Source: an uncultured bacterium (lineage in GTDB: Bacteria > Babelota > Babeliae > Babelales > Vermiphilaceae). Taken from it: DNA of 64,000 nt. Positions 1 to 9,337 of this stretch are shown piece after piece. Both the position numbers and the translations under genes were made by a program. The DNA lies in assembly GCA_963702025.1 (NCBI GenBank), contig OY969699.1, positions 1,472,001-1,536,000 on the forward strand, given 5' to 3'. Positions within the stretch are counted from its first letter, which is position 1. Every line of letters begins with the position of its first letter. The notes under the pieces are model-generated. The model did no database searches and was not told the origin of the DNA. It saw nothing but the letters and a program-made list of their open reading frames with translations.

Positions 1-1514
1 GGATACATGAGTTGGATCAATATATTTGCGAAGATGAATTACAAGTTCTCGCAGCTTTTTCAGGCGCATTGAAAGAACGAACATCGCACTTAATAGAGGT
101 TGGTTTAGATTATCTCACTCTGGACCGCACCCTTCCTTCATTATCTGCTGGGGAATCTCAAAGGGTAAGGCTCGCGAGTTTGCTTGGAAGCGGGCTAACG
201 GGAGTTTTATATGTTCTTGATGAACCAACAACAGGTCTTCATCCCCATGATAATGCAAAATTATTAAAAACATTAAGGATGATACAAGAACTGGGTAACA
301 CGGTTTTAATAATTGAACATGATAGGGATATCGTTAAAAATGTGGATCATATAATTGATATCGGGCCTGGTGGTGGAAGTAAAGGTGGTGAAATTATTGC
401 TACCGGTACACCATCTGATCTTATGGCGTGCGCAAAATCTATTACTGGAAAATATTTAGCTAAGAAACCAACTATAAATCTGAATCCTCATATCCGTAAT
501 AGCGGGGCACTCACTATCCGTGGCGCGCGCGAACATACTCTACAAAATATTGATGTTAGTATTCCGATAAAGCAATTCGTTGTTATGACCGGCGTATCCG
601 GTTCAGGAAAATCAACATTCTTATTTGATATCGTGGATAAGATTGCAAGAAAGCATTTTAACCATGCAAGTGAAGTTCCGGGTAAGCATGATTCAGTTGA
701 CGGATTACATTATTTTAATCGAGTAGTAACTGTTGACCAAGTTACAATAGGCAACTCAAAATCATCGCGATCTAATGTAGCAACCTATACCAAACTTTTT
801 GATTTAATTCGCGATTTATTTGCTAGCCTGCCTGAAGCAAAAGCGCGAGGATTTACTGCGGAAGATTTTTCTTTTAATACCTCGCCAAAGCGTTGCGAAA
901 ATTGTAATGGAGCAGGCGTGGTAGAAATCGATATGACTTTTATGCCTGATATTGAAACCGTATGCCCTGTTTGCAATGGCATGCGATTCACTGAAGAACT
1001 GCTCACAATACAATTTAAAGGACATACTATTGCCAACATTTTAGATATGACGGTAAGCGATGCCCTTCCCTTATTTAGACACGAAAATAAGATTTTCGCA
1101 CTCTTGGATTTAATAAAACAAGTTGGGTTAGATTACATGAAATTAGGGCAATCTACTTCAACATTATCAGGCGGAGAAGCGCAACGAATTAAATTGGCGG
1201 CTGAATTATCCAAACCGCAAACGGGAAATACGTTATATCTATTGGACGAGCCAACCACCGGCTTGAATCCACAGGAAGTGGAAAGGCTGCTTGAGACATT
1301 GAGAAAACTGGTATCCAAAGGAAATACCGTGGTAGCAATTGAACATAACTTAGATGTTATTTGTAATGCGGATACGATTATTGACTTTGGGCCAGGTGGC
1401 GGAGTTGCAGGTGGAACAATTGTTGCAATTGGTACGCCGCAAGAAATTGCTGAAAATAATTATTCATTAACGGGGCAAAGCTTGAAGACTTATATAGCGG
1501 AGAACCAATGCTAA
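1..1514 (+). CDS. uvrA: UvrA-like excinuclease ABC subunit A, C-terminal part (5' truncated by window)
   Basis: Two ABC signatures (LSAGESQR, LSGGEAQR), two LDEPTTGL Walker B motifs, GVSGSGKS Walker A, CENC..CPVC zinc finger; may be a second, class II-type UvrA paralog. Confidence 0.9.
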   Translation, partial: IHELDQYICEDELQVLAAFSGALKERTSHLIEVGLDYLTLDRTLPSLSAGESQRVRLASLLGSGLTGVLYVLDEPTTGLHPHDNAKLLKTLRMIQELGNTVLIIEHDRDIVKNVDHIIDIGPGGGSKGGEIIATGTPSDLMACAKSITGKYLAKKPTINLNPHIRNSGALTIRGAREHTLQNIDVSIPIKQFVVMTGVSGSGKSTFLFDIVDKIARKHFNHASEVPGKHDSVDGLHYFNRVVTVDQVTIGNSKSSRSNVATYTKLFDLIRDLFASLPEAKARGFTAEDFSFNTSPKRCENCNGAGVVEIDMTFMPDIETVCPVCNGMRFTEELLTIQFKGHTIANILDMTVSDALPLFRHENKIFALLDLIKQVGLDYMKLGQSTSTLSGGEAQRIKLAAELSKPQTGNTLYLLDEPTTGLNPQEVERLLETLRKLVSKGNTVVAIEHNLDVICNADTIIDFGPGGGVAGGTIVAIGTPQEIAENNYSLTGQSLKTYIAENQC

Positions 1515-1608
1515 TCATCAAACGTACCATAGAAATGCTTCTTGCAACTATTTATTAAAAAAAACATACTAACGATATTAACTCCTTGTTTTAATAAAAG
1601 AGACAACC

Positions 1609-2031
1609 ATGTATAAGCTACCGGCTTACGTCGGCATTATTCTTCAAAAAGATAACCAAGTTTTATTAGTCAAACGAACAAATACCGATTGGGCATCGGG
1701 ATGCTGGAATTTCCCCGGTGGATTATTAGAAGAGCATGAAACGCTCATGAATGCTGCCATTCGTGAGGCACAAGAAGAAATTGGTGTTATTATAAATGAT
1801 CTAGAATTAGTGCATGTTCTTCACGTACAAAAAAGTAAAACTAACACTAAAGACATTTTTGGATTTTATTTTCTAGTCCAATCGTGGCAGGGAATACCAT
1901 TAAATAATGAGCCGCATCGGCATAGTGAAATTGGCTGGTTTGACATCAATACTGTGCCAGAAAATATCACATCACATGCTCTGCAAGCATTAGATGGACT
2001 AAAAAAGAACATCCGGTATTCTGAAAATTAA
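1609..2031 (+). CDS. NUDIX hydrolase
   Basis: Nudix box GGLLEEHETLMNAAIREAQEEIGV. Confidence 0.9.
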   Translation: MYKLPAYVGIILQKDNQVLLVKRTNTDWASGCWNFPGGLLEEHETLMNAAIREAQEEIGVIINDLELVHVLHVQKSKTNTKDIFGFYFLVQSWQGIPLNNEPHRHSEIGWFDINTVPENITSHALQALDGLKKNIRYSEN

Positions 2032-2216
2032 AAATCATGAAATAGAAGCACGGTCCCTGCCTTTGAAGATCTGCCAGATGCGCCAATCTCCAGATTGGAA
2101 ATTTGCCAAATATATGCGATTGAGCTTTGAACGCATCTATTCATATAGTTTTTTTTCAGCAAAACTGTTATTATTTTTGGAATATCAAATATTAAAATCA
2201 ACAAAAGAGGCTCACA

Positions 2217-2933
2217 ATGACACAAATAATTTCTCAAAATGTTACTAAAAAAGGTTTCAGACAAGCCTTAGAAGTCCCTACACTTTCTATTACCGATAAA
2301 CCTACCTTCCTAACGGGCCATCCTCAAGAGATCATACAGCAAGCGGGAATATTATCCGATCTCGTTGAAGCAAATCCTAAGCAGGCAATTAAAGCACTAA
2401 ATCAATTGGCAAATAAATATCCACATAATTCATTACTCATGGTTTTACTTGCAAAAGCTTACGCAGCCAACAACCAAGAAGATCTTCAAAATAAAGTACG
2501 TACGGAAAATTATCAGCATAATCCCAATAATCTTATCTCGCGATGCGACTATGCAAGACTCTGCATAGAGCAACAACGTTTTAGTGAAGTCCCGGAGATA
2601 TTTAATAACATTTTTGATTTAACGGCTTTATACCCGGAACTAAAAGCTTTTAGTACTGAAGAAGCAGTATTGTTCTATTCAACTATTTGTGCCTATTTTA
2701 TAGGGGTTAAACAGTTTGGCAATGCAGAAATATGTATAGAAACATTAGAAAACGTTGATAAAGATGATCAATCGGCACAGGTTCTAGCAGCAATATTATA
2801 TACAAAAATTATTGAAAAATTAAGTCATTTACTTCCTGAAGAAGCCTTGAATGATATTTTTTCTGATGACGAAGAAGAAGATTGCGAAGAAGACGATGAC
2901 TGCGATGATGAAGATGATAGCATTCCATTCTAA
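2217..2933 (+). CDS. Helical (TPR-like) hypothetical protein with acidic tail ending DDSIPF
   Basis: 238-aa ORF with SD-like GAGG upstream, helical-repeat character and an Asp/Glu-rich C-terminus. Confidence 0.7.
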   Translation: MTQIISQNVTKKGFRQALEVPTLSITDKPTFLTGHPQEIIQQAGILSDLVEANPKQAIKALNQLANKYPHNSLLMVLLAKAYAANNQEDLQNKVRTENYQHNPNNLISRCDYARLCIEQQRFSEVPEIFNNIFDLTALYPELKAFSTEEAVLFYSTICAYFIGVKQFGNAEICIETLENVDKDDQSAQVLAAILYTKIIEKLSHLLPEEALNDIFSDDEEEDCEEDDDCDDEDDSIPF

Positions 2934-2954
2934 GTAACTTAACATTGAAGCAGG

Positions 2955-3467
2955 TTATTTTAGATAGTAATTTTTAACAAGCCACTCCAACCCAGTAGCA
3001 CATTTATCTCGCGCATTCATTTGTATTACTTCATCGGGAGTGAGCCACAACAGCTCACAAAAATCTGCCTTATTAAAATCGATGGTACGTTGCTGGACAG
3101 AAACCTCATAAATTGCTTTAAAAAAATCACTCTGCCAGCCCTCATTGGGCCCATGGTAGCCAAGATGCTTAAATGCATGTTCACCAACAATAATGCCCGC
3201 CTCTTCGGCTATTTCCCTTTTGGCAGCCCGTTCATAGGTTTCACCACTTTGGACCCCTCCGCCAACAATGGAAAGATGTAATGGGCTGCATGATTTATCA
3301 GCGGTTCGGCGTAATATTGCCAATTTGCCTTCATTATTTATGATAAACGCCAGAACAACACGACTATATTTTAGTTTTTTCTCAATAAATTCCAGCCGAT
3401 TAATAATGTTAATTATTTGGTCGTTTTCATTCACGAGATCTATCAGTTCGTCGTATTCATGGGGCAT
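2955..3467 (-). CDS. NUDIX hydrolase (IDI/YfcD-like)
   Basis: Nudix box GGVQSGETYERAAKREIAEEAGI; N-terminal DLVNENDQII and RRTADK typical of this subfamily. Confidence 0.85.
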   Translation of the reverse strand: MPHEYDELIDLVNENDQIINIINRLEFIEKKLKYSRVVLAFIINNEGKLAILRRTADKSCSPLHLSIVGGGVQSGETYERAAKREIAEEAGIIVGEHAFKHLGYHGPNEGWQSDFFKAIYEVSVQQRTIDFNKADFCELLWLTPDEVIQMNARDKCATGLEWLVKNYYLK

Positions 3468-3754
3468 ACAAAATCCTTGATGTGAAAACTGCTTTTTATT
3501 CTACTTGACGATAAAACTACGGCTTTTACTTTGGAAAACTCCATGTTCAGTATAGCATTTTTTAAGTGTAAATGTTGTATTTCTGCCAAATAAGCGTACA
3601 GTAATAATTGGGCCTTTATGAGGAAACCGGTTTTCTAAGACCTAACCATTGAAACCAAGAAATAGAAATTACTACAGTGATCTCATCTTGATTTCGGGTT
3701 GGATAGCATAACTACAATCTTTTTAACCGTTTTCTTTTAATAAAGGATATCTTT

Positions 3755-5146
3755 ATGGCATTATCACTTCTACAAAAAATCGTTAAACCCATTTTTGGCA
3801 CCTTTGAGGACGAAGAATTTAATAAGTTCTTACGCATGGGCGCGATTTTTGCTTTTATCATCGGCTCGTATTGGACGCTTCGTCCACTCAAAAAGGCAAT
3901 CTTTTGCACCCTTGTAGGCGCTTCAGATACCCCCATTGCCAAAATGGGATCATTATTCTTTCTCATCCCCATCATCATGATCTACACCAAAATGATTGAT
4001 ATCTATAAGCGAGAAAAAACGTTTTATATTATTTCAGGCACGTATGCTGTTTTAGCGCTCATCTTTACCGTGCTGCTTGCCTATGTGCCAACTCCAGAAG
4101 CCTGCAAAGCAGTGCAAACGGGATGGAGCATTAATAGCGCAACGCTGCTTGGTTATGCATTTTATATGTTTGTTGAAACCTACGGCTCAATGATTCCGGC
4201 GCTTTTTTGGTCGATCGCCGCCGATACCACCACGCCTGACTCTGCTAAAAAAGGCTTCTCTTTTATTGTGGCGATTGGGCAATTTGGGGGCATTGTGGGG
4301 CCCTATTTTATCGCCAGCCTGCCGCGCCGCCTGGGATTACAAACAAGCGCGCTCTCTCTTTTTATTTGTGTTCTAACAATCGGTTTATCAATGTTCTTTT
4401 TGCGCCGCTTTTTTACCAAAACACCGGCACATCTGCTGGCATCGTTTCATGGTGAAAATGAAAAAAAAGAAGAAGCAAAACAAGAACCGGGATTCTTTGA
4501 GGGTCTTAAACTCTTAGTGTCGCACAAATATTTATTGGGAATATTTGCCGTCGTCGCGTTTCCTGAAATTATCACTGCAGTTTTTGATCAACACTTTGAT
4601 ACGTTGGCTTCCCAGCAATATTCCGGCACCCATTTATTAGAATATCTGGGCACCTATGCAAGCGCGGTAAATATCATTGCCCTCACCTTTCTTTTATGCG
4701 GCATTGGGAATATCACGCGTATTTTTGGTCTGGGAATTTCACTGGTGTTAATGCCGGTTCTTTATTTGTTTGCAACATTTGGATTCATCAAGCTCAGTAG
4801 CCTCAGCTTTTTATTTATCTTGATGGCAAGCTCGAAAGCAATCAATTATGCGCTTAATGGCCCGGCGATTAAACAATTATATATCCCAACAACGCATGAT
4901 GTACGCCTTAAAACACAAGCATGGATAGAATCATTCGGTTCTCGTGGCTCAAAATTAAGCGGCGGAGCCATTAACTTAGGGCTCAAGCCATTACAAAAAC
5001 AATTGGGCGCAGTTGCCGGCCGCGCACAGCATGCTTATTATGCGAGCTATTTAATGTTTGGCTTTATCTTCTGCTGGTTCTTTATTGCACTCTTTTTAGG
5101 TAGAAAACATAAAAAAGCGATTGAAGAAAAGAAAGTTGTTTGTTAA
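3755..5146 (+). CDS. NTT/TLC-family nucleotide transporter (ATP/ADP translocase-like)
   Basis: Multi-pass membrane protein with YWTLRPLK, FWSIA, SKAINYAL..P..QLYIPT, K..IESFGSR motifs. Confidence 0.85.
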   Translation: MALSLLQKIVKPIFGTFEDEEFNKFLRMGAIFAFIIGSYWTLRPLKKAIFCTLVGASDTPIAKMGSLFFLIPIIMIYTKMIDIYKREKTFYIISGTYAVLALIFTVLLAYVPTPEACKAVQTGWSINSATLLGYAFYMFVETYGSMIPALFWSIAADTTTPDSAKKGFSFIVAIGQFGGIVGPYFIASLPRRLGLQTSALSLFICVLTIGLSMFFLRRFFTKTPAHLLASFHGENEKKEEAKQEPGFFEGLKLLVSHKYLLGIFAVVAFPEIITAVFDQHFDTLASQQYSGTHLLEYLGTYASAVNIIALTFLLCGIGNITRIFGLGISLVLMPVLYLFATFGFIKLSSLSFLFILMASSKAINYALNGPAIKQLYIPTTHDVRLKTQAWIESFGSRGSKLSGGAINLGLKPLQKQLGAVAGRAQHAYYASYLMFGFIFCWFFIALFLGRKHKKAIEEKKVVC

Positions 5147-5193
5147 TTGACGAGTAATTAATTTAAGATGAGAAAGCCTTGATTGATAAAAAA

Positions 5194-5721
5194 TTAAGGC
5201 TTTCCCTTGCTCATATCTTCAACCTTTTTTTGCAACACCGAGGCATCGTGCAGCCATCGAGCATATTGTGCCACGAGAAATTCCCGTTGGGCCTCAGAAA
5301 GCTTTTTGTGCATTTCTATATCTTTTTTTTGATCTGCCCGCTCCCGTGATTCTGAAAATAACAAAAAAGCTGCGTCACGCTGCCAAACTATCTTTTCTCT
5401 TTTTTGAACCTCAATGGCAAGCAAGGATTGCATTTGCCATGAGCCAACGCAAGTAAACTGCCCAGAAGCATAATCCTTGGTTATTGATAACTGATGAATT
5501 AATTTTATGGCGTCTTTAGCAAGATGCTGCGCGTACGCTTGTTTGATAATTATTTCATGATTCTGATTGAAAATTCGCCTATCTTCTTCCGATAGTTCAT
5601 TATACCGCACCACCTCCAGCATTTCTTGGAGTAATTGCTTTTTATCTTGAGCATGCAAGGCAATGCAAGAGAGCGTTAAGCCAATCATCACATATTTTTT
5701 AAAAAAAAACGTTCTATTCAT
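5194..5721 (-). CDS. Hypothetical secreted helical protein
   Basis: 175-aa ORF with signal-peptide-like N-terminus (..IALHA-QD). Confidence 0.6.
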   Translation of the reverse strand: MNRTFFFKKYVMIGLTLSCIALHAQDKKQLLQEMLEVVRYNELSEEDRRIFNQNHEIIIKQAYAQHLAKDAIKLIHQLSITKDYASGQFTCVGSWQMQSLLAIEVQKREKIVWQRDAAFLLFSESRERADQKKDIEMHKKLSEAQREFLVAQYARWLHDASVLQKKVEDMSKGKP

Positions 5722-5876
5722 AGTACGGGAGCCCTTCTGGCTTTAAACGATGAAGCGCACAACAGTTTTTTGACGAGTAGAATAAAAATCAACTATACCA
5801 ATCGCGATAAGAAAAACAATAAAATTCTTGTTGTTTTTGATGCGTATTGGATACCGTACTAAAAAAAGGAGCACCA

Positions 5877-6914
5877 ATGAAAAATTTAATTTTTGCCGGC
5901 ATACCCTCAGAAATCATTAAAAAAGCAAAAAAAGCACCTTTTCCAAAATTTATACCCCCGATGCTGGCAACGTTAACCACCGATTATTTTTCCAGCAATG
6001 ATTGGATTTATGAGCATAAATTTGATGGCGAGCGCTGTCTTGCCTTTAAAAATAATGGCAAAGTGTTGCTCATTTCCCGCAATAAACGAGTAATAAATAA
6101 TGAATATCCTGAACTTGCAGCGGCACTGGAAAAACAAAAGGCAGACAATTTTGTAATCGACGGGGAAATAATAGCCAAAAGTGAAGGCCTTTCCGATTTT
6201 GAGCTGCTCCAATCACGCATCAATTTGAAAAATGTCGCAGAGATCAAAGCAAAAACTAAAAAGATTCCTATTTCTTATGCCATATTCGATTTAATGTATG
6301 TCCATGGCTACGATATCCGTGAACTGCCATTGTTATCACGCAAAAAAATCCTTAAAAAACTTCTTACCTATAATAAATTGCTCACCTATACCGAACATAA
6401 AGTTGGCAATGGCATCGCTTATTTTAAAGATGCCTGCAAAATGCACTGGGAAGGACTTATTGCAAAAAAAGCCGATGGCATCTATGTAGGCAAACGATCA
6501 ACATCATGGCTCAAATTTAAATGTATTATGAAACAAGAGTTGGTGATTGGTGGTTACACCGATCCACGAAAATCAAGAACAGATTTTGGCGCGCTCCTTG
6601 TTGGCTATTATGATAAAGAAATGCGTCTTAAATTTGCCGGCAAAGTCGGCACGGGGTATACGGAACAAATACTCAGAATCCTAGGCAAAAGATTACGTGA
6701 ACTGGAAATTTCAAAATGTCCGTTTAGCAATTATGATGAATCGCAAGCAGGTGTACATTGGGTTAAGCCAATTTTAGTGGCAGAATTCCAGTTTGCAGAA
6801 TGGACCAGTGATAATAAGTTACGCGTTGGCCGCTATAAAGGTTTACGTGATGATAAAGCTGCCAAAGACGTGGTGAAAGAAATTCCCAAGGCGATCGCGC
6901 ATATTGCCAAATAA
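5877..6914 (+). CDS. ATP-dependent DNA ligase (LigD ligase-domain type)
   Basis: YEHKFDGER adenylation motif, DGEI, EGLIAK, WLKFK, GKVGTG; AAGGAG SD before ATG at 5877. Confidence 0.9.
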   Translation: MKNLIFAGIPSEIIKKAKKAPFPKFIPPMLATLTTDYFSSNDWIYEHKFDGERCLAFKNNGKVLLISRNKRVINNEYPELAAALEKQKADNFVIDGEIIAKSEGLSDFELLQSRINLKNVAEIKAKTKKIPISYAIFDLMYVHGYDIRELPLLSRKKILKKLLTYNKLLTYTEHKVGNGIAYFKDACKMHWEGLIAKKADGIYVGKRSTSWLKFKCIMKQELVIGGYTDPRKSRTDFGALLVGYYDKEMRLKFAGKVGTGYTEQILRILGKRLRELEISKCPFSNYDESQAGVHWVKPILVAEFQFAEWTSDNKLRVGRYKGLRDDKAAKDVVKEIPKAIAHIAK

Positions 6915-7676
6915 TTTTTTTATAAAGGATGACCCGAACGTGGATTGAAGTCTATTTTCAGTAAACGATTGGTAAAATGAACCGGTTTTATTCAACAATG
7001 AATCAATTTCATTATAATAAATCTTGATCGCCGGAAATCCGGCAGCAAAACAATCGATCTGATAGGGCTGGAAAAAGATTTTAAAGCCAGTTTTAGAAAT
7101 GATAAAACCATCTAATGGTAGATGCTCTTGGGTAACATGGGGAAATTCTTGCGCAATCTTTTTTTTAACGAGCGGAATAAGTTGTTCTTTAAAGTCAGTG
7201 TTCTCTTTAAACAGATCTTGGAGAGAGTAGTGCTGCCCCGTTAAGCTATCAATATGAAACATGGTAACGCCCGGCATGCCATGGGCCGCGCCGAAAGACC
7301 GGACATAATCATTTCTGGTAACAATAAGCAGATTATTAATCTTTTTTACGCTACCCTCGCACCAATAACATTCAATATTTTTCAAATCAGCATGGACATT
7401 CTGCGTGAGTGCATCTTGCGTGAATAATTTTTTAATGGTGCGATTTATGTGGTTTTCACTATTTTTGTCAGGTAAGCCACTCAACTGTGGATAGAGAATT
7501 ACCATTTTTTGGTTGGGCCTATATTCAATAAGTGTCACGAGCAAATTTTCATCACGCTCGTAGGCAAGCGACCCCTGGAAGGTGTAATCTTTAGATGGAT
7601 GAAGGTAATCTAAATGTTTTTGATAGCCAAGAAGTGAAAACGTTGCTGCTATTAGTCCCCAGATTATTCTATTCAT
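6843..7676 (-). CDS. RsiV/PdaC-like (DUF3298/DUF4163) exported protein
   Basis: GAAHG motif, TG..YSLQDLF, FQPYQI..FAAGFP; N-terminal hydrophobic segment. Confidence 0.75.
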   Translation of the reverse strand: MNRIIWGLIAATFSLLGYQKHLDYLHPSKDYTFQGSLAYERDENLLVTLIEYRPNQKMVILYPQLSGLPDKNSENHINRTIKKLFTQDALTQNVHADLKNIECYWCEGSVKKINNLLIVTRNDYVRSFGAAHGMPGVTMFHIDSLTGQHYSLQDLFKENTDFKEQLIPLVKKKIAQEFPHVTQEHLPLDGFIISKTGFKIFFQPYQIDCFAAGFPAIKIYYNEIDSLLNKTGSFYQSFTENRLQSTFGSSFIKKLFGNMRDRLGNFFHHVFGSFIIT

Positions 7677-8071
7677 TGTTTTGTGCTTGCTTCTTTTTTC
7701 AATATATCTCTAATTTCACGCAGCACCTTTACTTCTGAAGACGCTGCCTCACCGGTCAATTGCATTTCTTGCGAATTGAGTACTCGTTTTTCAAAAGCAT
7801 TAAAAGCTTTGATGATGATAAAAATTACCGCCGCGATAATTAAGAAATTAATTATCGCTTGAAGAAAGCTGCCATATTTAATAGCGGCACTGCCAATAGT
7901 TACAGATAAATTACTAAAATCTATGCCGCCTAAAAATATGCCAAGAATAGGCCCCACAATATCATTCACCAGTGATCGCACAATGCCGGTGAATGCTGAT
8001 CCCATTACCACGGCAATCGCCAAATCAATGGCATTGCCACGGCTAATAAATTTTTTAAATTCCTTAAACAT
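7673..8071 (-). CDS. mscL: Large-conductance mechanosensitive channel
   Basis: MFKEFKKFISRGNAIDLAIAVVMG ... LREIRDIL. Confidence 0.95.
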   Translation of the reverse strand: MFKEFKKFISRGNAIDLAIAVVMGSAFTGIVRSLVNDIVGPILGIFLGGIDFSNLSVTIGSAAIKYGSFLQAIINFLIIAAVIFIIIKAFNAFEKRVLNSQEMQLTGEAASSEVKVLREIRDILKKEASTKQ

Positions 8072-8073
8072 AA

Positions 8074-9177
8074 TTACTCCTGAGCTTTGGCTACTTGGTG
8101 CGCCAACTTTTTCAGTTCCGCAAGGCCTTCCAATGGTTTAAGCCACGCAGCTGGCAACTGGCCACAACCAACGCGTGCGCCAACAAGCGCGCCGGCCATT
8201 GATGCAATGCTATCGCTATCTCCCGGTGTATTAACGCCAGCCAGTATTGCATTGCGCAAATCATCGCTAAAACGAACAAAAATATAGGTTGCCGCCGCAA
8301 TTGCTTCATGCGCCGACCATCCTAAAAATTCCTCAAATACTCGCTGTGATGATACTGATCTATCATTCGCGTAAGCAACCGCTTTTTCTATCATGCGCGC
8401 TGTTGCGGTATCATATTTTGCTGCAGCTGTAATCATATCCTCAGCAACTTCAACCGGCGACTTAAAACCTTGCAAAGCCCCCGCAACACCTACTGCCATT
8501 GCTGCACACGCGGCCAAGGCAATCGGTGCTCCATGCGTAATTTTTGATTGTTCAACTGCCCATAACTCCGCTTTTGCCACGTCATTGGCAAAAATCAATC
8601 CAAACGGATGGGCACGCATCACCGAACCGCAACCACCATCATTGAGGCCACCCGCTTTCCACCAATTCGCAATATCATGAGTATCTTCGAGGGCTAACAT
8701 TTTCTTCTCTAATTTTTCAATATTTTTTAAACAGGCATTCCCTGGCGCTCGTTGTGCGCGGGCCCAGCCATAGGGATTATCCAAATCGTATACAAATTCT
8801 CGCGCTAATTGGTTCATGGCGCGACTAACCGATTTGTCTTTATTTTTTAATAGTGCCTTTAACACCACAATGCTCATAGCGGTGTCATCAGTATAAGGCA
8901 ATACTTTCTTGCCATCGGCATCATTGCCAAAACTGTTTGGCTTGAGATTATGGATTCCTTCAACGCCATTTGGCGGATACTGCTTTTTTATTTGAGCATA
9001 AGAAAGAAATTCAACCGGCGCACCCAGTGCATCCCCAATCGCTGCGCCCAGAATAGATCCTGCAATTTTATCATGAGAACAGGTACATTCATCGCCGGTG
9101 AATGTTGAATTACCGTGAGCATTTGCTGTGGTAAACATAATAATTAAAAAAGCCAGAAAAAACTTAGAATAAGTCAT
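8074..9177 (-). CDS. ADP-ribosylglycohydrolase family protein with signal peptide
   Basis: GAAIGDALG, YTDDT, GCGSVMR, DSDS motifs; Sec-type N-terminus (..TANA-H). Confidence 0.9.
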   Translation of the reverse strand: MTYSKFFLAFLIIMFTTANAHGNSTFTGDECTCSHDKIAGSILGAAIGDALGAPVEFLSYAQIKKQYPPNGVEGIHNLKPNSFGNDADGKKVLPYTDDTAMSIVVLKALLKNKDKSVSRAMNQLAREFVYDLDNPYGWARAQRAPGNACLKNIEKLEKKMLALEDTHDIANWWKAGGLNDGGCGSVMRAHPFGLIFANDVAKAELWAVEQSKITHGAPIALAACAAMAVGVAGALQGFKSPVEVAEDMITAAAKYDTATARMIEKAVAYANDRSVSSQRVFEEFLGWSAHEAIAAATYIFVRFSDDLRNAILAGVNTPGDSDSIASMAGALVGARVGCGQLPAAWLKPLEGLAELKKLAHQVAKAQE

Positions 9178-9337
9178 CGTGTGATCCCCACTAATAAAGA
9201 TTATCTATAGTTATATATGATAAACAGCTGAGTAATTTAGTCAAAACTAAAAAAATGCGTTTAGATTGCTTTAAAGCATAGAACTTAGTATGGTATTCAG
9301 GTTAAAAATCAACATCACCTTAAAGTAAGGAGCATTT

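Noticed and set aside
2028..2264. Short ORFs 2028-2264 (-) and 2063-2248 (+)
   Set aside because: No recognisable motifs and they overlap better-supported genes
5130..5146. Terminal Cys of the NTT (KKVVC) and of UvrA (ENQC) as lipidation signals
   Set aside because: Cys is the last residue rather than at -4, and these are not exported proteins
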